A stretch of DNA of 64,000 nt from assembly GCF_006345805.1 (NCBI RefSeq), contig NC_042998.1, positions 169,384,001 through 169,448,000 of the forward strand, given 5' to 3'. Numbering within the stretch: position 1 is the first letter of the stretch; each line of letters opens with the position of its first letter. Position numbers and translations under genes: made by a program. Under the pieces are notes generated by a model that was not told the origin of the DNA, did no database searches, and was given only the letters and a program-made list of their open reading frames with translations. Origin of the DNA: Octopus sinensis. Lineage: Eukaryota. Below are positions 25,861-38,760 of this stretch, piece after piece.

Positions 25861-26180
25861 ACACATAATTACAATTTGAAAGAAACGCGATTGTAATATT
25901 TCGTTCGTCTACCGTTATAAGTTTCAAAAACTGAATTAAAAACTATTGTAAAATTTCGTCATAACTAGTTGGTTAAATTTTTACTCAGTCAAAAACAACT
26001 TTATTTTAATTTTGGAAAATGTACATCTTTTAGAACATTGTCATTTTATAAGATTTTGCTGGCAAATTTTAAAATTAACATAAACATTTCTTTATATGAA
26101 AGAAAATTACCGAAGAACTTTCGTCTAATTCTTTCAAATCTTTTTGTTAAAACTGTATTGAAACCTTTGGAAGGGAATTT

Positions 26181-26973
26181 GGAACTTTTCCTTTTGAACG
26201 GCACATGTCAACACAATTTCTAGTTAACTAAACACTTTTAAACTTCGTATACTGGTAGAATGTGCTTATAAAACATCATTTTTTTTCTTGGCTTTATTGA
26301 GAAAATTCTATAGTTTGTAAGATATTTCGTCTGAAATTTCGAACATTTCGGCAATTTTAACCAATCGCTGACCTCCATTTGGGGTGAAAACATTCCGTGC
26401 TGTATGAATATGTCCCTCGTTTAAGAAACAGATTGGGTTCATTTACATTTGCGAAGAAAAAAAGATACCCTTCTCCCACCCCTAACCCTAACCCTAACTC
26501 TAACCCTAAATCTAAAATAGATTGAAATGCAATAAATCGATACTAGGGTTATAATTAGGGCTGACATTTTCATTTGACACCGCTAGAAAAAATCCCACTT
26601 TGCGTAGCGGTGTCGTACGAAATTGTCACCCATAATTATAACCCTAGCATTGATCTATTGCATTTCAATCTATTTTAGATTTAGGGTTAGGGGTGGGGGA
26701 AGGGTATCTTTTTTTCTTCACAAATGTAAATAAACCTAATCTGTTTCTTAAACAAGCACAGAATGTTTTCACCCCAAATGGAGGTCATCGATTGGTTAAA
26801 ATTGCCAAAATGCTTCAAATTAAAGTGGAAATATGTTACAACATATAGAATTTTCTCAATAGAGCCAAGAAAAAATGATGTTTTATAAACACATTCTACC
26901 AGTATACGAAGTTTAAAAGTGTTTAGTTAACTAGAAATTGAGTTGACATGTGCCGTTCAAAAGGAAAAGATCC
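26181..26973. mobile_element. Palindromic double Merlin-like MITE (two inverted ~390-bp arms) with telomeric repeats
   Basis: Arm 26181-26585 is the reverse complement of arm 26603-26973. TSD GGGAATTT/AGGAATTT. (CCCTAA)n at ~26479-26508 and TTAGGG at ~26680-26692. Confidence 0.85.
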
Positions 26974-26981
26974 AGGAATTT

Positions 26982-29010
26982 TTTTGTTTTTTTATCACAG
27001 CAACTGGTCGCACACCACAAGGTGAAAGGCAAGGCTAAGGCACTGGGAAAGTCAAAGGCCCTCAAGGGCATCACCTGACCCCTCGGTGAGGCGAGCTGCC
27101 TGCGTTGATGAGGACTTTGCGGTTAGTGCTCCAGTCCCTCCGAACGTCTCAAACGCCCCAGGTTGGAAGAGATAGTTCACTGTCAGGTCCCGATACTTCA
27201 AGGTTTTCTCCTGTTTGGCTATGGAAGCAGTGATTCTCCAATTAACTGCAGCATCCAGGATGTAGGAAGGAGCAAAGGAGTCACACTGTGGTGCCCCAAA
27301 TGAGACACCTACTCTAACCCAAGAACAGAGGATTACCCTACTATCTGGTCTCTTTCTATCACTTCTGGATAACCCCAACGGCTCCAGAACTGAGGGGATA
27401 TTAATCTAAGCCAGGTTCGCTTAATAATTTAGCTTGATGTGATGAGCAAAGCGACAAGACAGACATACTACAGTGACATCTCAGTCACCTACAGATGTCA
27501 GCTCCCACTTCTGTGATGTTCGTCTAGACTGAGTAGATCACCAATGTTGGCCACAGGCAGGGCATCAATCCAGTCCCCTGAGAATTTTGTACTAGCTGAA
27601 AGTAGGTGACACCTTGAAAATTGATCAGATTGATCAAGAAGAGAGTTGGAAGTTGCACCTGAACGCAGATTGTCCCATACTCTGTTTCTGTCTACCCTCT
27701 ATTGTAACCAGAACTGACAAACCCAGCTTTCTCCACTGTGACAGAGCTTCATCCATCTCCCTGTTGGAATTAGTCCATGTTGGAGAGGAGAGGTTGTTGT
27801 CTACCAAAGGGAAGCAAGCGTGAATGGAGAAAAAAACACAGGGAAGAGATAAAGACGAGCACTTGCCTAGACCCCCAAACCGTTTGGGCAAAGCAGCTTG
27901 GTCGCAGGAGTCTAGGGAGAGTTTGACATTGACCAAGAATTCGAGTTTGATGAAGGTTAGGTCGTCAAAGTATTGGAGGGACGATAGGAATCTGTAAGAT
28001 GGACTAACTCTCAGAAAATGCAATAGCTTAGGAATAGACAAGTGATTCCTACATATCAAAAAAACCTTGGTGGGCTCAGTTACTCCAAGATTTTTAAAAA
28101 GTTGTTCAAGGTTATCCATTTTGGATCTAAAGATGGATTCGAAAGCTAGGTCAATAATTGGGGCTCCAAAGGAGCACCACGCTGATGAAGTAGGAATCAT
28201 GATTGAGAGGAGGGAGTCAACAAATAGTTTAGTAGTCTACTCATGCAAAGCTAGGTGGTTGAAGAGCCAAAGCTCGCATTTGGCGGTGTTAACACTTAGA
28301 CCAAGTTTCTCTACAACCAAGTTTCTCGATCATCGTCCTTGCAGTTGCAAGCACCTTGCCAGGAGGACCTCCCAAACAAGCATCATTGAGGTGCCAGACA
28401 TTTAGGTCTAGGTCGGCTCCCATCTTGTTAAAATCATTAATACCCAAAGCGAATAGGGCAGGCCCAAGTGGCTCACCCTGCCAGACTCCAGAGGAAGATG
28501 GGATGAGGTGGTCACCAAACGAGAGGTAGGAGGGCTTCTGATAGGCTTGCCAAGCAAAGTGATAAAGTGGTAGGGAGTTTGCCATTACTGCATGGAGAAT
28601 AACGTTAAAAGCATTCTGAAGGTCAAGTTTGAGGATGACTTTTGGGGATTCATAGGGCAAGTTGATGAAAGCACTGGTGGCATGAGCAGCAGCTTCACAA
28701 CCTAGCTTAGTACCCACTCCTAGCTCAATAGAGAAAAATTCCTCGGTCAGGCAGCTAGAAACTGAGAACAGGTACACTTTTGCTGTGAGCCGTCGCAGAG
28801 TACAACAAACTGCTATGGGGCAGAGGTTTCCATTGACCTTGGTGAGACCAAATAGTTTAGCCCTAAACAACAGGGGATGAATGTAGGCAAGGACACTCTT
28901 GGACGAGAACAAGTTTGTGAACTGTGTTAGGTTCTCCAAGAGCTTGAGCCCAACATCACCAGCTGACAGGGACTTACCATATATAGATTGAAAACATCTT
29001 ACAGACATTA
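26982..29010 (-). mobile_element. CRE-clade non-LTR retrotransposon (RT plus restriction-like endonuclease), 5'-truncated, degenerate
   Basis: RT motifs PIAVCCTLRRL, ELGVGTKLGCEAAAHA, KLDLQNAFN, SSSGVWQGEPLGPALF, WHLND, QAALPKRFGGLG. C-terminal RLE motifs RFAHHIKLN, RKRPD, KTLKY and AFETFG. A-rich tail at ~26982-26994. Confidence 0.85.
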
Positions 29011-29036
29011 AACAATGATGATGATGATGATGACAG

Positions 29037-29195
29037 GTTTCTTTCAGTTTTCATCTACCAGATCCATCCCCAAGGCTTTGGTAGGCCCATGGCTATAGTA
29101 GAAGACACTTGCCCAAGGTGTCACCTAGTGAGACTGAACCCAGAACTGTGTGGTTGAGAAGCTAACTTCTTATCAAACAGTCACACCTGTGCCTA
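29037..29195 (-). mobile_element. tRNA-derived SINE (second, very abundant family)
   Basis: Head GGTTCAGTCCCACT..GGCACCTTGGGCAAGTG..CTATAGCC. Other copies at ~21530-21820, ~24960-25280, ~29720-29970, ~36823-37090, ~44682-44830, ~47700-47990, ~54090-54400, ~54440-54790, ~58308-59076 and ~59663-60025. Confidence 0.8.
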
Positions 29196-30217
29196 CACAC
29201 ACGGCTATGCCTGACCTATATTTATTTATTGAAAGACACAAATAAACCTTTCTTAAACACACAAAAACTGTTAATTTCACTTCATTGTTTAATATTTGAT
29301 GTGAAAAATTTTTGAAGAACTGGTTTGAGAGCAAGGCTGTTAGTATATTTAAGTCTCAGGGTTTTAAATGTAATTTTTTTTCTTCATCTATGTTGGTTAG
29401 TCATTCTGCTTGTTGTCACCTGATGCTAATTGTAGGTGAGTTCATTTGGATTTTTGTTGAAATTCATGGTTGAACTTTTTCTCTGTTTCTTCTCTCAGTG
29501 GAGGTACTTGTGGTATTGTGTAGTCTAGGAAGAATCAGAATTTTGAAGACTTCAAAGAAAATCTACCAGTCCATGACCACAGAACAGGGACAATAGGGAG
29601 GATTGATACAAACTGTATAAGGGGGTAGTAGTAGTACTAGTAGAATCAGCAACAGTAGTAGTAGTAGTAGTAGTAAAAAACTTTGGCAGTAATTGTTATA
29701 AACATAGTATCTTATATCTTTTACTTGCTTCAGCCATGCTGAAACAGTGCTTTGAAGAATTTTTAGTTGACTGAATTGACCCCATTACCCTCTTTTTCTT
29801 TAAGCTTGATACTATCTGTCTTTCTTCTGAACTGCTAAGTTACAGGGGTGTAAACACACCAACACCAGTTCTCAAGTGGTAGTGGGGCAAAACACTGAGA
29901 CAGACACACACACACATAAATATGCATATGCCTAAAGTACCACACAGTGGGAAGCTTCTTACCACACTGAGTTTCACCAGATTATTTTCAAGAAATTATG
30001 AAAATAGCATTAATTTTTTTTGCAACTAAAAATAAATATTAAAGAAGTGACAAGCATTTAAAGTTATGTAATTTTAGCCTGGGTTCTTCTGCAGTTTGGC
30101 AAAAGTGACCAATAGAATAAGTACTAGTAAAACCCTTTAAAGTCATGCTCCAGTATGGCCACTGTCAAATGACTGAAACAAGTAAAAGAAAAAAAAACAT
30201 ATATATATATAGATATA

Positions 30218-31045
30218 TAGGGTGCAATGGGTAAATTGTTGCATGCATGTGCATTGTTAGCTTTTGATCTTGTTGACTACACAGTATAGTAGAGTCAGTT
30301 GGGCACTGTCTGTGAGAAAAACAGCATCATTATACAATTCACTGTGCCAGAAATTTAGAAACGACATGCTGTACTGCTTGGCATTCATGCCAGAAGCTCC
30401 AATATAAATGTTTCAGAGTGTTTGGGTGTCAATCTGAGGACATGTACCAAGAGTGATAAAAATCAAACATCCAGTCTACACCATGGTGTTTGGAGTGATC
30501 ACTAGTGATGGCAATGTTATGCTTCCATTCATCTTCCTACATGGCCTCAGACTCAACATGGAGGCCTACATCTAGTGCCTGGAGGAGGTTCTGCTACCCT
30601 GGGTCAAGAGGGTGGCTGCTGGAAGACCCTGTCTGGCAAAAGGACTTTGCACCATGCCACACAAGCAGAACCCAGTCATGGCTATCAGACAATTTCAGTG
30701 ACCACATCACCCATAACATCTGGCCACCTAACTCCCCAGACTGCAAACCGCTTCATTATTATGTGTGTGGCACATTTGAACAAAGGACCAACAAAAGACG
30801 AACTGAAGGCAAAGATTATGGCAGCATTCACCAACTTAAACAAGAAGACCATCTAAAAGATTTGCAGGAGATTCCGAAGTCATCTGGAGGTCATGGTTGA
30901 GGCCAATAGCAATTTTATTGAATAAATTTACTTTTTAGTATTTCAAGATATATATGTAATTTTTGGAAAATATATGTTAAAATGAGATGTCAGTGTTATT
31001 TTAAATTTTGCATAATTTAGACAACAGTTTATTCACCACACCCTG
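30218..31045 (+). mobile_element. Internally deleted Tc1/mariner (maT/DD37D-like) transposon
   Basis: TA-(C/T)AGGGTG ... CACCCTG-TA ends. Remnants HPVYTMVFGVITSDG, VWQKDFAPCHTS and IWPPNSPDCKPLHYYVC. Confidence 0.8.
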
Positions 31046-31053
31046 TATATATA

Positions 31054-31385
31054 TCATCATCATCGTTTAGCATCCGCTTTCCATGCTAGCATGGGTTGGA
31101 CGATTCAACTGGGGTCTGGGAAGCCAGAAGGCTGCACCAAACCCAGTCTGATCTGGCAATGTTTCTACGGCTGGATGCCCTTCCTAACGCCACCCACTCC
31201 ATGAGTGTAGTGGGTGCTTTTAATGTACCACTGACACAGGTGCCAGACGAGGCTGGCAAACGGCCACAATCAGATGGTGATTTTTACGTGCCACTGGCAC
31301 GGAGGTAAGGCGAGGCTGGCAACGGCCGCATTCGGATGGTTCTCTTACATGCCCCCGGCACTGGTATCACAGCTACAATTTCCAT
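31054..31385 (-). mobile_element. RTE-type short retroposon ending in (ATG)n
   Basis: CATCATCGTTTAGCATCCGCTTTCCATGCTAGCATGGGTTGG tail and CTGGATGCCCTTCCTAACGCC block. Second copy at ~40950-41255 and a stub at ~40563-40620. Confidence 0.65.
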
Positions 31386-33974
31386 TGATATATATACATA
31401 TATATATATGTAGGTGTGTGTGTGTGTGTGTGTGGCATGCCGCTTGCCTTGACATCACAATAGTTGTAAACGAGCGTCATTGTCATGCAAACTGTTTTTT
31501 TTTGTTCCTAATATTCTATGAAAACATGTCTGATCATGAGAAATTATTGCCTCCTTTAGAAATAGGTGAGGTGACAGGAAGAGCAACCAGCCACAAGAAA
31601 ATCACAACAAATTCCATCTGACCCATGCAAGCATGGAGAAGTGGACATTAAAATGAGGAAATGCATGCTACATTAATTGACAAAATATACTTATAGAAAA
31701 TGAATTTTGGTCAGAACCTAACAATTCATGATGTAACAAATATACTGAACAGATGTTATGGTGATGCATTTATTAAATAACAGTTTCAGATTCTTCAAAA
31801 ATGCTGTCTTTCTTTTTATGGCACAAGTATACTAAAAGAATTTATAATTTTCCTAGCAACCAACATCACCTACATATGAAAAATTGTTCAACTCTTTAAC
31901 ATTTCAACTGGCCATATCCAACCTCTCACACCTACCATACAATGTCATTATAAATATAATGTGGGCAAGTCTTCATTGCTTCAGCAAGACATCTGTTCCT
32001 CTCCCTCCATCAGTTTCTTATTCCTCCAGTGTATGTTCTGTTCACTTAAGAAGTTTTATCTTGTGGGTACTTGGCAACGTCAATGGTGCTAAGAAGTACA
32101 CTCAGTTAAGAGTTGACAGTAGGAAGGGCATTCAGCTATAGAAATCATACCAAAGCAAACATAAAAATCAGGTGGAACACTCTGGCTCACCTGTTCTTGT
32201 CAAACCATCCAACCTATGGAAGAAGAACCATTAAATGATAATGATCACCTTCATCAAATCTAAGCTACAATTAATTAACCCATCAGCATTTACATAACCT
32301 GGCCCAGCCTCTCATACCTGCAATGTCATTCTAAAAATAAACAATCATAACTTCAAAATCTTGAAGCTACAAGATACATAATTTTTAAAAATGCAGACAA
32401 ATTAATCTGAATGATAAAGGGTTAAAAATAATGTGAATAAATAATCATAACATTTGACTAATACATATATTGCCATTTACTTATCTCCATATAGTCACCA
32501 AGTGTCTTATTCCTGAATGTCTATATAGTACCAGATTATAAAGGCTTCTAGCTTGCATCCCTAATAAGGATAGCAACATTCTTATCTCCTAGTCTAAGCA
32601 GCTATACTGAGCTTGACTTCTGACTGAGTTATGCCATTTCACTGATTTTTAATAACTTTGGTTCACTATCAATTCCACATAGATGCTCAGCCATTCTTAT
32701 TCTGAGAATTTCTCAAAACTTTTCAATGTTCTTTTATGCAGAGTTTAAGGCATCTCTGTTTATCCTCTATAAGATCTTTGCAAAGCTTAGGAAGTTGTAG
32801 ATGCAGTTCTTACTTTCTAACTAGTCTTTGTTTTCACTTTGGTGAAAAATATGCAAAGTATGATGCTACTTTTCAATACAGTTCTTACATAGTATGAGTT
32901 ATAGATTCTAAGAGACTTTTGCAATAAGGTACAAGTAAAATGCAGTTCGGTTTAATCTTTGCTTTGTGCTTTCAACTGACAGTGAACTTAATGAGTTGGA
33001 TATTTGTTATTCACAAAAGACAATATCCTAATTTAACTAGGCTGAGTTTCAATGTTGGTTAAGTCTTAAAAAAATTCCATGATAGCATTAGTTATTAAAG
33101 GTGACAGTGTTTAACCAGTAGTTATCTCAATTGTTGATGTATTTCTTTTCCATCTTGCTTTCCCTCTGACTGGATAACCATGTATGTCCTCATTCTAAAT
33201 CTCTCTCTCTCCTTCACAGCAAGACACCTGTTACTGTCCCTCTGTCACAAAGCTACCTCCTCCAATGCTCCACCCACCTCTCAAAGGATCTTTGTCTTGC
33301 AGGTTATTTGGTGACCCCCACCAGTGCTGGTGCATCCAATCCACACTGTAAAATGGTTGGTGTTTGGAAGGACCATACCAAAACAGGCCTCACTGGTACT
33401 GGTACCACATAAAAACCTCCCAGTCCACTCTATAAGGTGGTTAGTGTTAGAAGTGCATCCCACCACAAAAACCCTGCCAAAACAGACTGAGAAACCTGGT
33501 GCAGTCTTCTGCCTAACCAGCCCATCAAACCATGGCAGTATGGAAAACTAACATTAAATAATGATGATGATGAGCTGAAAGCCTTCTGTTGGAGCCTATG
33601 GAGATCAACTCACTACATCAAAGCTGATCATTTGGCATAAGACTGGCACAGCATAGACTTGCTTGACAATGTTCAACTGTCAATTATGAAGTTCTGCCCA
33701 TAAAGTGGAGAAACAAAGTTAACTAGGAAATGGCCCAGCAAATTGCATGATCAATTTCAACAAATGACAGGGGAACTCTAAATTTGTATAATTTGAGGAA
33801 GCCATGCACATGTGTTAGCCTTTTATGATGTATAATATGCTGCCTGGACTGAGAGTCAGCAAAATTGTCCTGCTTAAGAACAAAGACTGACAATTTGGGT
33901 TACTGAAACAGTGAGATCTTTAAATTCCTTTCAGAGGAATTGGTGCTGAATAAAGGGATACAGTTCATCAATAC

Positions 33975-34198
33975 CCATTTCTTTACTACCCACAAGGTGT
34001 TAAACACAGAGGGGACAAACAAACAGATTAAGTCGATAAAATCGACCCCAGTGCCTAACTGGTACTTAATTTATCGACCCCGAAAGGATGAAAGGCAAAG
34101 TCGACCTCGGCGGAATTTGAACTCAGAACGTAACGGCAGACGAAATACGGCCACGCATTTCGTCCGGTGTGCTAACGTTTCTGCCAGCTCGCCACCTT
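33975..34198 (-). mobile_element. Full-length monomeric tRNA-SINE with Tx1-like tail
   Basis: Head AAGGTGGCGAGCTGGCAGAAACG (A box), B-box-like GAGTTCAAATTCC, and tail GTCCCCTCTGTGTTTAACACCTTGTGGGTAGTAAAGAAAT. TTGATGAA is duplicated on both flanks. Confidence 0.88.
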
Positions 34199-34419
34199 TT
34201 TCATCAACATATGATACACTACTGGAAAAATCTGTAGTAGATGAACTAAAGTAGAGCTCAAAAGGTATTTAAAGGTAGCCAAACATCCCAAGCTGACCAT
34301 TTTCAAAGATGATATAAGAATGCATATATTTTTCTTAAACTAATTCAACCCAAGTTAGCATAAAAATAACAAAAAGATTAATAATGACAAAACTATTAAA
34401 ACAAAAAAGATAAATTCCC

Positions 34420-34500
34420 ATAAATATTTTTATTTTATTTTATTATGACAAAAAAAAATAGACTTCACTAAAGATCACTTATTTTAATATCTTTATTTTG
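34420..34500 (-). terminator. Candidate polyadenylation region of UBE2I (~1.4-kb 3' UTR)
   Basis: Clustered AATAAA on the minus strand (TTTATT at ~34428-34445 and ~34492) at the end of a SINE-free stretch below the stop codon. Confidence 0.4.
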
Positions 34501-35599
34501 ACACAATATTATAAAAGAAAATAATACATGATGTGTCAAATCATTTTTTTAAAAGAGGTTTTTAACAAGTACATGCTTTAAAAAGAACAAGTTGAATTGA
34601 CAGGTAACCTCTATCTCTCTTCCAAATCCAGTTAAAATAAGATGTTCTGAAGATGAGGGATAATAAGGTGCAGAAAGAATACATATTCATTTATTTCAGA
34701 AAGCACTTATCAATAATGCAATGCAGTAGAATGGAAAACTATTTTATTTTCTTATAGAATGATTATGTTTAGATTTATTTTCATTTGACTACATGATTAA
34801 TCTAATTTCAAAGGAATTAAATACCATTTCAATTAAAATAGATTTTCTTTAACATTTTTCTTAATAAAAATCTTTTCACTTCTATTCTATTTCTTTAAAT
34901 ATCTGTTTTACCTTATATTTGTAAATGTAGAAATTTCAAAAGGCAGTCAGTTATAAACTCCATTATCACTAGCAAAAAGCAATAAAACTGATGAGTTTTT
35001 CAAAAGATGAAGACATTTATTGGCAACTCGTGACAACAGCACACACCAAGTTTGTACATGCCTGAATAAATAAAACAAGTGAAAAAAGACTTTTTCTTTT
35101 AGCTAAGCAATTCTAAAGTTTGCACTGTTACAAGATGAAAAGAACTGCATTAAAGACCCTATGGACAATGACATGACATATGCAAATTACTAAACAATAC
35201 AAAGAAATCATGCTTTAGTAAACAAAATTCTCATACACAGCACATTCATGCAATATATTTATGTGCCTCTGTGTGTGTATGTGTGTCTGCATGCATGTAA
35301 GATGTATATCTATATAAACACATACACATACTAAGTTCCTTTTGATAATAGAATAAACATAAATGTAATTTTCTTTCACACATTTATTTCATAAAGATAT
35401 ATGAAATTAAAAGTATTTATATATAAATCAACTACCAAATAATTTGATAGGGAGATTTGTATCAGTATGCATGTCATTCTTTGGTGGTTGCATAAGAGAT
35501 GGACACATTCTAAAAATGTGACAGTGTCTTTTCATACGTTGCCAAATTAATTTGAAAGCTGTTCCAATAGGGAATTCAGATAGATGTTATGGTAGAAAA

Positions 35600-35694
35600 G
35601 AGGGAGAGAGAAAGAGAGAAGAGTAACAGTAAATCAGAGAGGGAGGGGGGGGAGAGAGAGAGAGAGAGAAAAAAAGTGTGTGTGTGTATGTGAG

Positions 35695-35728
<34 letters not shown>
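35600..35728. repeat. (GA)n/(GT)n microsatellite cluster in the UBE2I 3' UTR
   Basis: Directly visible dinucleotide runs. Confidence 0.9.
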
Positions 35729-35729
<1 letters not shown>

Positions 35730-35885
35730 AGAGAGCACGTGCAAAATGATTTTATGGTTGAGAGCGGTTTGGCTATTGCATACATATTACAATAGTAATT
35801 ACATGGAATGAAGAAATCTTGTATGATATAATTGTTGCTGTCATCACACAGGTGTTTCTTTGGATCCGAGATAAAGGTTTGATGG

Positions 35886-35952
35886 TTAAGATTCTTCTCG
35901 AAGCCTCATGGCCTGAGATCTCACTCGCTTCTCATATTCTGATCTGTTTTGA
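35886..35952 (-). CDS. UBE2I: SUMO-conjugating enzyme Ubc9, last coding exon (C-QNRSEYEKRVRSQAMRLREES*)
   Basis: CAG acceptor at 35953-35955. Matches Ubc9 C-terminus QNRxEYEKRVRxQA. TAA stop at 35886-35888. Confidence 0.95.
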
Positions 35953-38099
35953 CTGTAATTATAAATAAAAAGTTAACATATAAGGTGGAATAAAAATTTT
36001 CAAGAATCCTAAAAGAAATGTCTATAAACATGCACAAAATTAAACAGTAATAGTTATGAATAGGATCAAAGATTTGAAGAAAATGCTAAAGTTTCTAAGG
36101 GAAGTAAGGAAGAACAAAACACCAAATACCAGATACCAACCCAGGTGCAAGCATGCACATGTTTTGAAGTTTTGCAGTCATCTGGTTTCATTTTTGATTC
36201 CACTATATTAACACCTTAGGTAAGTGTTTTCTAACATTAACCTCAAGGTAACTCAAGCCTTGGGAATGAAATCTGGTAAATGAAAGCTGTTCAGGAAAAA
36301 CATCAGACAATCTGTGTACATTCTTAGATGATAAACTTAAAACAATCACTCAATTTTTTAACAACCCTTCAATTTAGTTCCCTCAATCTAAAGGGAACCA
36401 ATGTAGAACAGAACTACCAGAAATGGTTCAAATTAATATATACATGTATAAAAAGCATTTTTGTCGGTTAATACAGTGATCACCTCACAATCATAAAGTT
36501 CTCTTTATTTTCACAGACTCCACCCCAAATAAACCTTCCACTTCAATATTTTAAATCTCTCCCCTCCATCACAACATCATGTTTGACCCTTTGTTGATGA
36601 AGTCTACAAATACATAACCAAAGGAGAGAATTTTTTTATTTTTACAAAATACTAAAAACAACAAATCTCAATAAGTTAAAAGACAAATATATTCTTGAAG
36701 AATATGTCCCATTTCTAGTACAAACATGACAAACTGACTAATTGGCCCCGTAATTTTAATCTGGGATTAACTTATCTTTCATTTAACTAATAAAGAAATT
36801 TTGTGATGAAAAATTTTTTTTATTGCTTCAGTCACTGGACTGTGATCATGCTGAGACATTGATTGTTAGTTGAAAGAATCCACCCCGGTACTTATTTTTA
36901 AGTTTGTTATTCTATTGGTCTCTTTTTGCCAAACTGCTACGTTGTGGGGGATGTAAACAAACCAACCTATTGTGAAGCAGTGGGAGAGGACAAACAAAAG
37001 GACACACACACACAACAGGTTTCTTTCAGTTTTCCCTCTACCAAATCCACTCACTCACAAGGCTTTGTTCAGCCCAGGGCTATAGAAGACAATTGTCAAT
37101 GGTGTAAATGATTATATTTCTGTAATTAACCGTTGAAACATAACCGATTTCCTATAACACCATTGTAAACTAGAAAAATAAAAGCAAGTTAGGTTTTAAA
37201 GCAAATTCATTACATACAAGTGTATAGTGACAGACAGACAAATACTTCTAATTCCAGGTTGTTCAATTCCTATTAAAATTTCAACAGTGACTAATAAATA
37301 AATGTAAAAATTATTACCTTTACAATAAAGTACAATAAATTTTTAATATAATTTCACTAATTATAACTTCAATGTAATTTGAAAATCAATTGTATTGCAA
37401 TATTGCTTTTAATTATTATTTCCACAAACAACCATGATTTGTCCCCAGCCTCTAAAGATTTTATTGATAAATCAACAAGATATTTTGCTGCTTAACTCCA
37501 GGCTAGCCATGACCATCCCATCTATTTCAATGCATTCAATATTAATGTTATCCCAAGTGTCCTCCTTTTATTACGGTAGGAGGTAAGTTGAGAGATTTGG
37601 CTGCTCTTTCTTGCAGATCAAGCACATCATTGGCTTGTCATTTTCAATGAAACAGATTTCCAACACTTGAAATCTCACCAAAAAATAGTTATCAAATGCA
37701 AGACATGAAAGTTGTTTTTGTTTGTTATTAATAAAAAAACTTATGTTATGGGGAAGTAAACAAACCAACACCTGGGTACAAACAAAAGGACACACACACA
37801 CAGAGGTTTCTTTCAATTTTCCCTTCTACTAAATCCACTCACAAGGCTTTGGTCAGCCCTGGGCTATAGTAGAAGACTATAATAGTTTCCATTGTCTTGC
37901 TCTTTATCTGAAAATATATTTTCTCTCAACATTCACATTATCTTTAACTCTCAGTTATCATAGCAAATTGTTGGTATTAAAAACATCCAACATTTGTAAT
38001 ATAAGGTGTTAGCAATACACCTTTTATTAAGATACTTGTTTTCCTTTTTAAGATGGTAAACAGCAGTTTGCAGCAAGCTCAACTATACATCACATCTTT

Positions 38100-38240
38100 A
38101 TTTTTTCTCCTTGTTTCTTTCTGTGGAAGAGCATAGGCTCGAAACGTTAAAGACTTTTTCACTTCCCAAGCGTTAAATTAATACATTTGTTTGTTGTCTA
38201 CACCACCTGTCTTCGTTTTTTTTTGTGAATTCTCCCCCTA
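38100..38240 (+). mobile_element. Penelope-type terminal-repeat fragment with variant hammerhead motif
   Basis: TCTTT-CTGTGGAAGA-GCATAGGCTC-GAAACGTT-AAAGA: stem I, stem II and GAAAC core are present, but the CUGANGA box is non-canonical. Confidence 0.5.
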
Positions 38241-38625
38241 TGTACCACTCACTCTCTCTCTCTCTCTCTGTATATATATATATATATATATATAACACTC
38301 CAAAATATATGTAATATATATATAATATAAATAATAAAATATATATAAATATATCTATAACACCCCAAACAACAAAATGTAGCAAAGTAAATATGCAATG
38401 AAATCTTCAGCAGAAAATGCCTGAAACTCTTTAATGTTATGATTGGATGTTATTCTTATTGCTGTTAACAAGGAACTAACACAGGTAATTTATTTTATTT
38501 CAGTCGGGCAATTTGGGGAAGAGTTATGTGGACTGCTCATGAAATAAGATTAATTAAAAGCACCCTGATTAAAAGAAAATTTAGTTAGTTTTGAAAACTT
38601 CAAAATAGCTTGAATGTAGATCTTA

Positions 38626-38760
<135 letters not shown>

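Noticed and set aside
26479-26692. (CCCTAA)n/(TTAGGG)n as a telomere fusion or chromosome end
   Set aside because: Only a few units, and they are an internal part of a multi-copy MITE.
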